64,000 nucleotides of DNA from an uncultured Methanomicrobiaceae archaeon (GCA_963826525.1 CAWGXH010000004.1:640001-704000), one strand, 5' to 3'; shown: positions 22,130 to 31,644, counted from the first letter of the stretch. The notes: a model not told the origin generated them from the letters alone. Made by a program: numbers and translations.

Positions 22130-22404
22130 CGGCGGGCAGGCCGGTCTTCATGCTGCGCTCGCCGGACGGGCACACCTTTGTCATGCAGACGTATACGAAC
22201 CACGTCGACCGCGCCCTGACCGAGGCGGATCTCCCAAACCTGGCCCAGCGGCTGAAGCTGGGGGAGGGGTGGCAGTTCAAGGCGAAGACCCTCGACCGGA
22301 ACCTGATCATCGATACAACCGGCCTGGCTCGCATCGTCGCCGACGACCTGGCGAACATGTACCAAGGCTGTATCGACAACGTCTGTACCTTTGGCCCCTG
22401 GTAA
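22130..22404 (+). pseudogene. C-terminal remnant of a hypothetical protein
   Basis: GRPVFMLRSPDGHTFVMQTY...LPNLAQRLKLGEGWQF...DDLANMYQ is protein-like; upstream part of the ORF is not. Confidence 0.5.
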
Positions 22405-22531
22405 TCGGGGCCTACTATCCACAAGAGAGATCCCGAGGAATATTTTTAAATCAACGGTAAGATATCGGGGAACGTGGAATCAGATCAGCGGTTGAACGGC
22501 TTCCGCCCACCGGGGCAGGTGGAGTGGTGAG

Positions 22532-23441
22532 ATGGTAGAGACCGTGTCATTTCTGGACTTCCTCGGGACGATCGGCGTTCTTGCGGCAGTGATCTTTGTA
22601 ATCTCCAGTATGCTCGCCATGGGATTCTCCCTGACCGTACAACAGATCATCGAACCGCTGAAGAATATACGGCTGGTGATCCTCTCCCTAATTGCGAACT
22701 TTGTCCTGGTACCGCTGCTCACGCTGGTTCTCCTGACGATCTTTCCGCTCTCCGAAGGACTCTCTATCGGTCTGTTCGTCCTCGGGACTGCCGCGGGAGC
22801 CCCGTTCCTGCCGAAACTCGCGCAGGTGGCGAAGGGAGATATCGCCTTTGCCGTGGGGCTGATGGTGCTCCTGATGGTGGTGACGATCGCCTACGTGCCG
22901 ATCGTCCTGCCGCTGCTCCTTTCCGGTGTCACGATCGATCCCTGGGCGATCGCCCAATCACTCATCCTGCTGATGCTCGTCCCACTCGCCGTCGCCCTGT
23001 TCATCCGGGCCCGGTACAAAGAGTGTGGCGGCGGGCCTCCTGCCTCTGATGAACCAGGCGACGAGTCTCTCACTTCTCGTGTTGTTCGTGGCCTTCTTCG
23101 TGGTCTACTTCACGGACCTGCTGGGCATGATCGGCACCACCGCAGTCCTCACAACGATCATCTTCGTGGTGGTCTCGCTTGTCATCGGCTACCTCCTCGG
23201 CGGTCCGGGCGGCGGCACAAAAAGGGTGCTCGCCGTCGGGACGGCGCAGCGCAACCTCTCGGCAGCGCTGGCGATTGCCGCCCTTAACTTCACCGACCCG
23301 GACGTCATGGTCATGATCCTGGTGGTCGGGCTGGTGGGTCTCGTGATATTGATGTTCGTCGGCGGGGAGATGGGCAAGCGGGCGGAGGCGCCGTCTACGG
23401 CCGCTCCAGAGGAGAAGCCCAAGAAGGCACCACAGGGATAA
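22532..23441 (+). CDS. Bile acid:sodium symporter (BASS) family transporter (frameshift near 23024)
   Basis: SSMLAMG, LIANFVLVP, AAGAPFLPKLA, TAQRNLSAAL. Confidence 0.88.
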
Positions 23442-23657
23442 GGAGCGGAGAGAAGAGGCATTTTTTCTGCACCGCCAGGGGGGAGACGATCGAGGGAAGA
23501 ATGCCGGAAGCGCCAGCCGAAAGGAGGGCACACGTCACCGAGAACATCCTGCCGCTGCGCGATCGGCCTGTGGATCTCCCCCCTGGGAGCTGCAGTATAT
23601 TTATGTGGACCGGACGCCACGCTTCAGCAGTTATAGGAATCAGATGGAGGAACCTTC

Positions 23658-24344
23658 ATGCGCATTGGACGCCGCACGAGCCTGATCATAGTCATAGTGC
23701 TGATCGGCGCCATCACCGTCCTCTACGCCCTCGACCTGGCGGAGAGCAGATCGGAAGTGACGGAGCTTGCACCTGCAGAGGTGCGGGAGTACCAGGGGGA
23801 GCAGCTCTCCTCGATTGCGGATTTTCGTGAGAACTCGATTCATGGCCCGCAGTACGTGAATGCGAGCACCTACACGCTCACCATTGACGGACAGGTGGCG
23901 AGCAGAAAGGTATACTCCTACGATGCGCTCCTGGAGCGGTTCCCTCACTACCGCAAGGTTGTTACCCTCTACTGCGTGGAAGGCTGGGATGTCACCATCC
24001 TCTGGGAGGGGATAAGAGTTAAGGATCTCCTGCAGGAGGCGGGGGTGGAGCCGGGGGCGAGTACGGTCATATTCTACGCAGAGGACGGCTACTCCTCTTC
24101 ACTTCCCCTTGCCTACATCGAAGACCGGGACATCCTGCTGGCCTATGCCATGAACAACGTCACCCTGCCAGCGGAGCGGGGATTCCCCTTCCAGCTGGTG
24201 GCCGAGGACCGCTGGGGCTATAAGTGGGTGAAATGGGTAACCAGGATCGAGGTATCCGACGATGAGAACTACCGCGGCTACTGGGAGAGCCGGGGGTATG
24301 CAAACAACGGGAGCATTGACCGATCCTTCTTTGATCGGGGATAG
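23658..24344 (+). CDS. Molybdopterin-dependent oxidoreductase (sulfite oxidase/MsrP-like catalytic subunit)
   Basis: LYCVEGW, ERGFPFQLV, GYKWVKWVTRIE, GYWESRGY; N-terminal RR plus TM segment. Confidence 0.88.
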   Translation: MRIGRRTSLIIVIVLIGAITVLYALDLAESRSEVTELAPAEVREYQGEQLSSIADFRENSIHGPQYVNASTYTLTIDGQVASRKVYSYDALLERFPHYRKVVTLYCVEGWDVTILWEGIRVKDLLQEAGVEPGASTVIFYAEDGYSSSLPLAYIEDRDILLAYAMNNVTLPAERGFPFQLVAEDRWGYKWVKWVTRIEVSDDENYRGYWESRGYANNGSIDRSFFDRG

Positions 24345-24357
24345 GGAGGGAACAAGG

Positions 24358-24585
24358 ATGGTGCGGTTCACCTATCGGAAACTGGTCTCCTGGACCCTCC
24401 TCGCATTTACGCTCCTCTTCCTGATCAGCGGCTTCGGGATCACGGAACCACGGCTGGTGCAGCCCCTGACGTTTGGGCTTCTCGATAAGGCGCTCTCCCA
24501 GCAGATCCACTTTCTTCTCTGGGGCCCATTCCTGATCGTGCTGGTGCTACACGTATACTACAACTGCGGCATCTTCAGGAAGTGA
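24358..24585 (+). CDS. Small 2-TM membrane protein with H-x13-H (cytochrome-b-like) motif
   Basis: LISGFG...QIHFLLWGPFLIVLVLHV; 13 nt after the Mo-enzyme gene with a GGAGGG RBS. Confidence 0.7.
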   Translation: MVRFTYRKLVSWTLLAFTLLFLISGFGITEPRLVQPLTFGLLDKALSQQIHFLLWGPFLIVLVLHVYYNCGIFRK

Positions 24586-24946
24586 TGCTGGATGATGTTC
24601 GTCGACAGGGAGTCGGGAAGCGGGCGAAGGTGCCGTCGGCGGCTACCCGTGAGAAGAAGTCCATTACTTCCGAAAAATGAAAAGCGAGGAGTCCGGGTCT
24701 GATACCCGGCGTTCCGGTTGCCGCCGTCGTCATCGTTTCGGTCGGCGTTACCGTCAGTGTCGTCTCGGTGGTCATCGTTTCGGTCGGCGTTACCGTCAGT
24801 GTCGTCTCGGTGGTCATCGTTTCAGACGGTGTCGTTTCGGTCGGCGTTGCCGTCGGTGTCGCGTTCCCCGCCGGCGAAACACACCCTGCCACCAGGACCG
24901 CCGCTGCCATGAACAGCAGGATCAGCAGGATCAGTTTTTTCAACAT
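24575..24946 (-). pseudogene. Truncated Thr-rich lipoprotein
   Basis: Lipobox VAGC and Thr/Pro linker, then a non-protein-like tail. Confidence 0.55.
24729..24823. repeat. 42-bp tandem repeat (2.3 copies) encoding TTETTLTVTPTETM
   Basis: Unit GTCATCGTTTCGGTCGGCGTTACCGTCAGTGTCGTCTCGGTG at 24729 and 24771, partial at 24813. Confidence 0.9.
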
Positions 24947-25351
24947 CGATAAGCCCCCCTTGGTTCGGGCATGAAGAGATTCAACATTCAATCTACGATA
25001 TAAAATTAACGGAATATGTTGGTGCCCGTGAAAGGCCTTCTCCCGGCCCATGCGCCTATTTTCCTCCCCCGGAGGAGGAACTGCCAGATCTCCTGCAGTT
25101 GATTCGGCGGTGTTCGAGACTGCAGCCCTCAACCACGCCGACCACGGCAGTATGGTCATAGTCCATGTGGGTCGTGCGTTCAAGGTCATCACCGGCAGGC
25201 AACCGTTACTGCCGGAAGATACCTGCCAATCAAAACGGATGGCCATTATCTGGAAAGTATTATTAAAACCGGATCCTATGACTTGACTAGTTGCGGCAGG
25301 GGAACGGCGATGTCATCGCACATACCGCGTCACAACCTATGGAGCAGGAAT

Positions 25352-25801
25352 ATGTTTCGCATGGGAGCCCCAAGGACCGCACGGAGAACTTCCCACCGGA
25401 CATCGCGCCGTGTCATGCGCCGCACCACACAGCGAACCGTTCTGGTCGGCGGGACCGCCGCCGCGATCAAACTCTCGCAGAATGACGTCGACCAGATCGA
25501 GCAGCACACCGGCAAGGAGGCCGAAGACCTCTCCGAGCAGGAGCTCGACAAGGCAATGGACGATCAGGGCATCAAGGAGCAGGAGCTGACCGACCAGGAC
25601 GTGACCGCAATCGAGGCCGGTATGGCGAAAGAACAGGCTCCGCAGCCTGACGTAGCGCCCCCGGCAGCCCCTCCGCCCGAGGCTGTGCCTGCCGAACCGT
25701 CCTACATCGGCGAACTGGAGAAACTTGCCGGGTTTCGGGATAAAGGGATCATCACCGAGGAAGAGTTCCAGGCCAAGAAGAAGCAGCCCCTGGGATTGTA
25801 G
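25352..25801 (+). CDS. SHOCT-domain protein with Arg-rich N-terminus
   Basis: RTARRTSHRTSRR; ELEKLAGFRDKGIITEEEFQAKKKQ. Confidence 0.8.
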   Translation: MFRMGAPRTARRTSHRTSRRVMRRTTQRTVLVGGTAAAIKLSQNDVDQIEQHTGKEAEDLSEQELDKAMDDQGIKEQELTDQDVTAIEAGMAKEQAPQPDVAPPAAPPPEAVPAEPSYIGELEKLAGFRDKGIITEEEFQAKKKQPLGL

Positions 25802-25870
25802 ATCCGGAGATTCTGGCATGGACAAACCTCACTCAACAACAACCGTATCTCCTGCGAGAGGGAGGTGACC

Positions 25871-26911
25871 ATGCCCGCTCCGTCCCGCCTCGCATCCCTC
25901 ACCCGGGTTGTCATCATCAGTACCGTCGTCGTCACCGGCATGTACCTCGGCGCCGCGGTCGTGAGCCCGGTGCTCGTCGGGTTCATTCTGGCGATCGTTG
26001 TCACACCAATTGTGCATCGCCTGGAAGAGCGCGGATTGCCCCGGCTCGCTGCGGTGCTGGCGATGGTCGGGGTGATCGTCGGCGTTGCCCTGCTGCTCAT
26101 CGCCGTCTTCAGCCTGTCGCTGATCGAGCTCGACAGCGCCCTGCCCGCCTACCAGGATCTGCTACAGGCGCAGCTGGCGGCACTGCAGGCATGGCTTGCG
26201 GACCTCGGGATCATGACCTCTCTCCAGCTGCCCGATGCATCTTCGGGGCCTGTGCTCATCCCCTCGCTCGGGGAGATCCTCGCCGGACTCTCCATTCTGG
26301 TCGTCGATTTTCTGGTCATCCTGATCGTGGCCGTCTTCATGCTCCTCGAGGTGACCTCGATCCGGGGAAAACTCCAGAAGAGCCTCGGGCTCGACGTTGA
26401 GGCCGAACTCGACCGTTCCGCGAACAATCTGGTCGCATACGCGGCGCTCCGCACCAGAAGCGGCCTTGCGACCGGCATCGTTATCGCGATTCTCCTGCTG
26501 CTCCTCGGGATCGACGCCCCGGCGCTCTGGGCGGTCCTCATCGTCGTGCTCGGCTACATACCCTACTTCGGGCTGCCCATAGCATCGGTGCCCCCTATCG
26601 GGCTTGCCTGGCTCCAGCACGGCCTCCCTGGAGCGCTCGCCGTCGCGGTCGGCATCTTCGTCGTCGACCTTCTCGCTCGCCGCTTCCTCCTGCCGTACCC
26701 CGCCGAACAGGCGCTCCGAATCTCCCCACTGGCGATCGTCCTCTCGGTCCTCGCCTGGACGCTGGTGCTCGGCGTTCCGGGGCTTTTTCTAGGTGCTCCC
26801 CTGACTCTGCTCATAAAGGCGGTGCTGTCGAGTTCGGAAGAGACTGGGTGGCTGGCGATACTGATGGAGCCGTCCAATGATAGCGAAAGTACCGGAGAAC
26901 TGTCCAGGTGA
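25871..26911 (+). CDS. AI-2E family transporter
   Basis: LGYIPYFG, LRISPLAIVLSVLAW, GVPGLFLGAPLT; paralog of 2922-3966. Confidence 0.88.
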   Translation: MPAPSRLASLTRVVIISTVVVTGMYLGAAVVSPVLVGFILAIVVTPIVHRLEERGLPRLAAVLAMVGVIVGVALLLIAVFSLSLIELDSALPAYQDLLQAQLAALQAWLADLGIMTSLQLPDASSGPVLIPSLGEILAGLSILVVDFLVILIVAVFMLLEVTSIRGKLQKSLGLDVEAELDRSANNLVAYAALRTRSGLATGIVIAILLLLLGIDAPALWAVLIVVLGYIPYFGLPIASVPPIGLAWLQHGLPGALAVAVGIFVVDLLARRFLLPYPAEQALRISPLAIVLSVLAWTLVLGVPGLFLGAPLTLLIKAVLSSSEETGWLAILMEPSNDSESTGELSR

Positions 26912-27049
26912 CCGATAGGCCGCACGCTCTCCCCAAAAATATAATATATTGGCAATAGTAATGCAGTCAACCGAAATCTGCGATCGAACCCAAAAATATC
27001 CAATAGATATCGTCTATGAGGTGATTGGACTGCTGATGGAGCGAACCTG

Positions 27050-28972
27050 ATGCATGCCCGAGCCGGGTGGCCGGTGCGGGAACCGGGAAGCCGGAACGGT
27101 CGAGCCCGTGCAGTAGGGAAAACGCTCTTCCTGGCTCTCCTGCTCGGCGTACTGGTGGGCACGGGGGCCGCCCAGATGCAGGACAATACCGGTGTCCAGG
27201 AGCTGACCGGGCGAATAGAACCCGGTCAGGCGATCGTGTACGATCTCCCTGGTTTGCAGGCGGGAGAGAACCTGGACGCCTATGCAGAGGGAACCTCAGG
27301 AGATCTTGACCCGTTCCTCGCCGTAGCGAACCCGGATCTCAACGCGAGCCGGGTGCGTACCGAGTTCGCAGCCGACGTGAACCGCTCCCTGGCAGCGGGG
27401 CAGGACCCACTCAGGGTGATCCCGGAGACTGCCGGCCGGTACTTCCTCGCCTGGAACGACGATACGAACGGCACCTATAACGCCGCCCTGCAGTACCGCA
27501 TTCCCGCCGACGGCGACTATCTCCTGATCGTAATCGGCTCTCCGGCAGAACGAGGGCGGACCTTCGGGGATTACCGTCTCCTGGTCGGAATCGACGACCC
27601 GCAGGTGCTGACCGGCCAGGCCGAGCCGACCGGAGCCACCATTGCGATCCTGAATACCTCCGTTTCGAAGATGCGCGTCGGTGTCCAGGAGGTGACGGGG
27701 AACCTCTCCGCCAATACCTCATCGACCTTCTACATCTTGAGCCCGGTAGAGAAGAACGACACCTTCTACGCCTCCATCGAAGCGACATCCGGGAACCTGA
27801 TCCCGGCGATGGTCCTGCGGGACTACGGCGGCAAGCCCCTCGCAGCGGTGGCTACTGAAACGGGGAAGACCAGCGCCACGCTCCAGTACACCTTCGCCGG
27901 CACCAGCAGCAACGATCGGCTGGAGGTGCTCTCAAGCCCGCTGGACGGGACCAACACGACAGGAGACTTCCGCCTGCTGACCGGTTTGAACGCCCCCGGC
28001 GTGCTGGCGGGCAACGAGTCGCCCGGCGGCATCGCCGTCCTGCAGGCGCCCATCCCGGTCAAAGTCGGCGTCGAATTGGACCAGATCACCGGCGTGGACC
28101 AGGTCAGCGAGAACTTCGCCGTGGTGGCCAACATCTGGATGCAGTGGAACGACCCTGCCCTGGCATTCAGCCCGGACGAATGCGACTGCCGGGTCAAGAT
28201 CTACCGGAGCATCGACGATTTTGTCACGGCCGAGGGTTCACGGTGGCCGGAGTTTACGCTCTACAACCAGCAGGCGCAGCGCTGGACGCAGAACCAGATC
28301 ATCGTGGTGGAGCCCAACGGCACCGCCACCTACTATGAACACTTCTGGACAACCCTGCAGGCGCCGGAATTCAATTTCAGGGCCTACCCGTTCGATACCC
28401 AGGAGTTCTTCATCCGCATCGACTCGCTCTATCCCGAAGAATTGTATGTCTACGAGCCCTGGCCGGAGAAGACCGCCGTCGGCACCCAGCTAGGGGAGGA
28501 GGAGTGGTACATCACCTCGAGCGATACCAACATCAGCACGGTCGAGATCACGACCCAGAACTCCCGCTACTCATTCGACTTCTTCGCAGCCCGCCATCTC
28601 ACCTACTACCTCCTCCGCATCCTGCTGCCCATCTTTATCATCATCCTCCTGACCTACATCACGTTCCTCCTCAAAGACTACGGGAAGCGCGCTGAGATAG
28701 CCAGCGCCAATCTGCTCCTCTTCATCGCGTTCAACTTCACCATCGCCGGAAACCTGCCGCACCTTGGCTACCTGACCTTCCTGGACTCCATTCTGATCGC
28801 CACCTTCGTCATCACCGGCGCTACGGTGGCCTACAACCTCTACCTGAGATGGCTGGCGACTGCGGCGGAGAAAGAGATCGCCGAACGGATCGACCGGGTG
28901 ATAGTCTGGCTCTACCCGTTGGCGTACATCACCGCGCTCATTTTTGGCCTGTTTGTAGAAGGGTTCTTCTGA
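27050..28972 (+). CDS. Pentameric ligand-gated ion channel with two N-terminal jelly-roll domains (DeCLIC-type)
   Basis: Signal peptide, duplicated NTD (VQELTG.../VQEVTG...), Pro-loop FRAYPFDTQ, GEEEW, four TMs with M2 ASANLLLFIAFNFTI and LPHLGYLTFLD. Confidence 0.9.
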   Translation: MHARAGWPVREPGSRNGRARAVGKTLFLALLLGVLVGTGAAQMQDNTGVQELTGRIEPGQAIVYDLPGLQAGENLDAYAEGTSGDLDPFLAVANPDLNASRVRTEFAADVNRSLAAGQDPLRVIPETAGRYFLAWNDDTNGTYNAALQYRIPADGDYLLIVIGSPAERGRTFGDYRLLVGIDDPQVLTGQAEPTGATIAILNTSVSKMRVGVQEVTGNLSANTSSTFYILSPVEKNDTFYASIEATSGNLIPAMVLRDYGGKPLAAVATETGKTSATLQYTFAGTSSNDRLEVLSSPLDGTNTTGDFRLLTGLNAPGVLAGNESPGGIAVLQAPIPVKVGVELDQITGVDQVSENFAVVANIWMQWNDPALAFSPDECDCRVKIYRSIDDFVTAEGSRWPEFTLYNQQAQRWTQNQIIVVEPNGTATYYEHFWTTLQAPEFNFRAYPFDTQEFFIRIDSLYPEELYVYEPWPEKTAVGTQLGEEEWYITSSDTNISTVEITTQNSRYSFDFFAARHLTYYLLRILLPIFIIILLTYITFLLKDYGKRAEIASANLLLFIAFNFTIAGNLPHLGYLTFLDSILIATFVITGATVAYNLYLRWLATAAEKEIAERIDRVIVWLYPLAYITALIFGLFVEGFF

Positions 28973-29025
28973 GCACGGCGCCGCTGCCGCACGCATATTT
29001 ATGTATCGACGGCCAATGCACTGGC

Positions 29026-30057
29026 ATGAACTGCCCGGTCTGCGGGGGAGACTGTATCGAGGACGCTCCCGCGCTCCTTGCACGGCTGCCGCACACCTTC
29101 GCCCCCTGCCCCGACTGCATGGGGCTCACCTACGACAAGCGCGCCCCGCCCCCCGACCTCTCGCCTGCCGAGCCCTGCCCCGACTGCGGAAAGCGGTTCA
29201 TCGATGATGTCTTCGCCCATATCTGGGCGGTCATGGCAGGCGCGGGGGATCTCTCCCGGGACAACCCGCTCGCCGCCGCCGGAACACCCCTCATCCATCC
29301 GGGCGTTGCCATGCACCGCCCGCCGTACCTCTCTCCCCGGTCGCTGGTGCTCCTCTCCCGCACCGTCTCGGAAAAAAGTGCAGAAAAGCTCGTCGCCGAA
29401 GTTCCGGAGGTCCGGGGCGTGGTGCGGACATGCGACGGCGTCCCCGGTATCACCGATCCGGAAACGGACGTTGACGGGCGGCGGCATGCCCTCCTCGCGG
29501 GCTGTGACGTGCGCGCCGATATCTTCGGTACGCCGGCAGGCGCTATCGCCGTCTACAAACAGCAGTCCGTCATCCACATCGAGTTCCCCCACGGCCAGAA
29601 TCCCAAGATCCTCGCGACCTATCAGGCAGTCCGCGAGAGATCTCCCCGTACATTCGTCGATGCCTGCTGCGGGGCGGGAACGCTCGGCCTTGTAGCGGGC
29701 GTCATGGGCGTCCCCGCAGTGATCTGCAACGACGCATGGCATGCCGCCGCTTTCTGGACTGCGTGCAATATCGGGGTGAACCGCGAGGCGCTCGGGGTGG
29801 AGGGCGTGCGGCTCCTGCATTCGATCGCGGAACTCGAAGAGCGCCCGGTCGCGGGTGAACCGGTGCTGGTCGCCGTCGCAGAGGGTGCGCGGACAATCAG
29901 GGTATACCACGGCGATCTCCGCCTGCTCCCTCCCCTGCTCCCGGGCGACGTCGATCTCACCGCGCTCGACCTCTTCGGGAAGGGTGACCGCGAGAGGATC
30001 AGCGAGATTACCACGCTCTGGACTGCTGCCGTAGGCGGAGATGTTTATATCCCCTAG
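29026..30057 (+). CDS. Zn-ribbon-containing putative SAM-dependent methyltransferase
   Basis: Three CxxC pairs (CPVC, CPDC, CPDC); motif I FVDACCGAGTLG. Confidence 0.7.
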   Translation: MNCPVCGGDCIEDAPALLARLPHTFAPCPDCMGLTYDKRAPPPDLSPAEPCPDCGKRFIDDVFAHIWAVMAGAGDLSRDNPLAAAGTPLIHPGVAMHRPPYLSPRSLVLLSRTVSEKSAEKLVAEVPEVRGVVRTCDGVPGITDPETDVDGRRHALLAGCDVRADIFGTPAGAIAVYKQQSVIHIEFPHGQNPKILATYQAVRERSPRTFVDACCGAGTLGLVAGVMGVPAVICNDAWHAAAFWTACNIGVNREALGVEGVRLLHSIAELEERPVAGEPVLVAVAEGARTIRVYHGDLRLLPPLLPGDVDLTALDLFGKGDRERISEITTLWTAAVGGDVYIP

Positions 30058-30071
30058 GCACCATGATATAC

Positions 30072-30378
30072 GGGGACTAGCCAGGGTGGCTCGGCGTCAC
30101 CTGTAACCCGAAACCGCCGTTATGCGGGAGGCGAAGTCTGAGGAAGGCTGTGGCGGCCTGCCGGAGCCGGTGCGTCCTGACGGAGAAACCTCGTCCTGTG
30201 AGGTCGGCGGACAGGCATCAATACTCCGGAGGGGGTGGCGACCTGTTGCCGCGGGAACCGGTCCAGGCCCGGAAGGGAGCAGACTTACCGTGGACGTTCG
30301 GCGCCCATGGGGTTGCGGGGTGGAGGAAGGATGCCCCGGTGAACGCAGGTACGAGCTGTCGACCGATGACGTGTCCCC
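30072..30378 (+). ncRNA. ffs: Archaeal signal recognition particle (7S) RNA
   Basis: Terminal helix GGGGAC/GTCCCC, Alu-domain CTGTAACCC, helix 8 CCAGGCCCGGAAGGGAGCAG. Confidence 0.92.
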
Positions 30379-30391
30379 AACGGCGATTTCT

Positions 30392-31345
30392 ATGGCAAAG
30401 GTTACGATTATCGGAGCGACAGGCAATGTCGGCTCGTTTGCAGCACATACCATTTCTGAGATTCCCCATGTTACCGATCTGCTGCTGATGGGCAGGCCCG
30501 GCCGTGAGGAATTTTTAGAAGGATGCTGCCGCGATATGGCCGACTCGTTTGCTGCACGGGGCACGCAGATGCGCCTTGCCCACAGCACACAGGTTGCCGA
30601 TGTAGAAGGATCGGATGTCATCATCTGTACGTCCGGTATGCCGCGGCAGGTCGGGCAGGACAGAAACGATCTGGCATTCGAGAATGCCAGAATGGTAGCC
30701 GAGACCGCCGAAATCGTCGGAGAGCGAGCGCCGGACGCCCTTCTGTTCATGGTCACGAACCCTGTCGACGTCATGACGGCCGTCGCCCTCAAATATTCGG
30801 GGTTCGAACCCCGGCAGGTCTTCGGGCTCGGCACACACCTTGACTCGATGCGCCTCAAAGCACTCATCGCCGAATACTTCAAGGTACACGTAAGCGAAGT
30901 CCACACACGTATCATCGGTGAGCACGGCGAGAGCATGGTTCCGCTCTGGTCGGCGACGACGATAGGCGGCATTCAGGTCTGCAATCTGCCGACGTTCTCG
31001 GGACTCCCTCACCGCGAGATGATGAATACGGTGCGCTCGAGCGGTCAGTTTATCATAAGAAACAAAGGTTCTACGGTCTATGGGCCAGGCGAGGCGATCG
31101 CAACCCTTGTCCGGACGATCCTCGGTGATGAAAACCGCATCCTGACAGTCTCAAGTTACATCAAGAGTGAAGTCCACGGCATCGGTGATGTCTGCATCGG
31201 TGTGCCCGCTAGGATCAACAGAAACGGCGTATATCCCGTACCGATTAAACTTGCGGAGAGGGAAGTGACCGGCTTTGCTGAGTCTGTCGAGAAGATCCGC
31301 ACGATCACGGCGGATGTCATTGAAAAACTGGAGCAGTGCCGTTAA
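30392..31345 (+). CDS. mdh: LDH-like malate dehydrogenase
   Basis: KVTIIGATGNVG, GMPRQVGQDRNDL, VTNPVD, GTHLDSMR, IGEHGES. Confidence 0.88.
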   Translation: MAKVTIIGATGNVGSFAAHTISEIPHVTDLLLMGRPGREEFLEGCCRDMADSFAARGTQMRLAHSTQVADVEGSDVIICTSGMPRQVGQDRNDLAFENARMVAETAEIVGERAPDALLFMVTNPVDVMTAVALKYSGFEPRQVFGLGTHLDSMRLKALIAEYFKVHVSEVHTRIIGEHGESMVPLWSATTIGGIQVCNLPTFSGLPHREMMNTVRSSGQFIIRNKGSTVYGPGEAIATLVRTILGDENRILTVSSYIKSEVHGIGDVCIGVPARINRNGVYPVPIKLAEREVTGFAESVEKIRTITADVIEKLEQCR

Positions 31346-31387
31346 GCGGCGAGTGCTCCCTGCAAAAAATGGGTAATCCGGATCGGC

Positions 31388-31642
31388 TCACAGCAGGGTG
31401 AGCTCGACGATCTCGGCACTGCCGACACCGTCAAGTTCCCGGAGCGATTTTTCGACTTCGTCGGGTGCCCCTTCCTTATCAGGAACGACGACAACCGTCT
31501 TTAACGCGACAAGGCCGAATCCGATAGGTTCCTCTACGAGGTCCTTTACCGGCACGGCAGCCGTGATCGCCGCCTTGAGCGCTTCGCGGTCAACCTCGGG
31601 TGACTCGGGCATGATCTTTAAGATGATGGCGACGTCTCCCAT
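31388..31642 (-). CDS. ef1b: Translation elongation factor aEF-1beta
   Basis: MGDVAIILKIMPESPEVD...EEPIGFGLVAL. Confidence 0.95.
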   Translation of the reverse strand: MGDVAIILKIMPESPEVDREALKAAITAAVPVKDLVEEPIGFGLVALKTVVVVPDKEGAPDEVEKSLRELDGVGSAEIVELTLL

Positions 31643-31644
31643 CG

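Noticed and set aside
2660-29030. Integrative element at the tRNA
   Set aside because: No integrase, transposase or duplicated tRNA 3' end found by eye
30122-30391. 90-aa N-terminal extension of malate dehydrogenase in the ORF track
   Set aside because: It overlaps the SRP RNA; the Rossmann motif starts at ATG 30392
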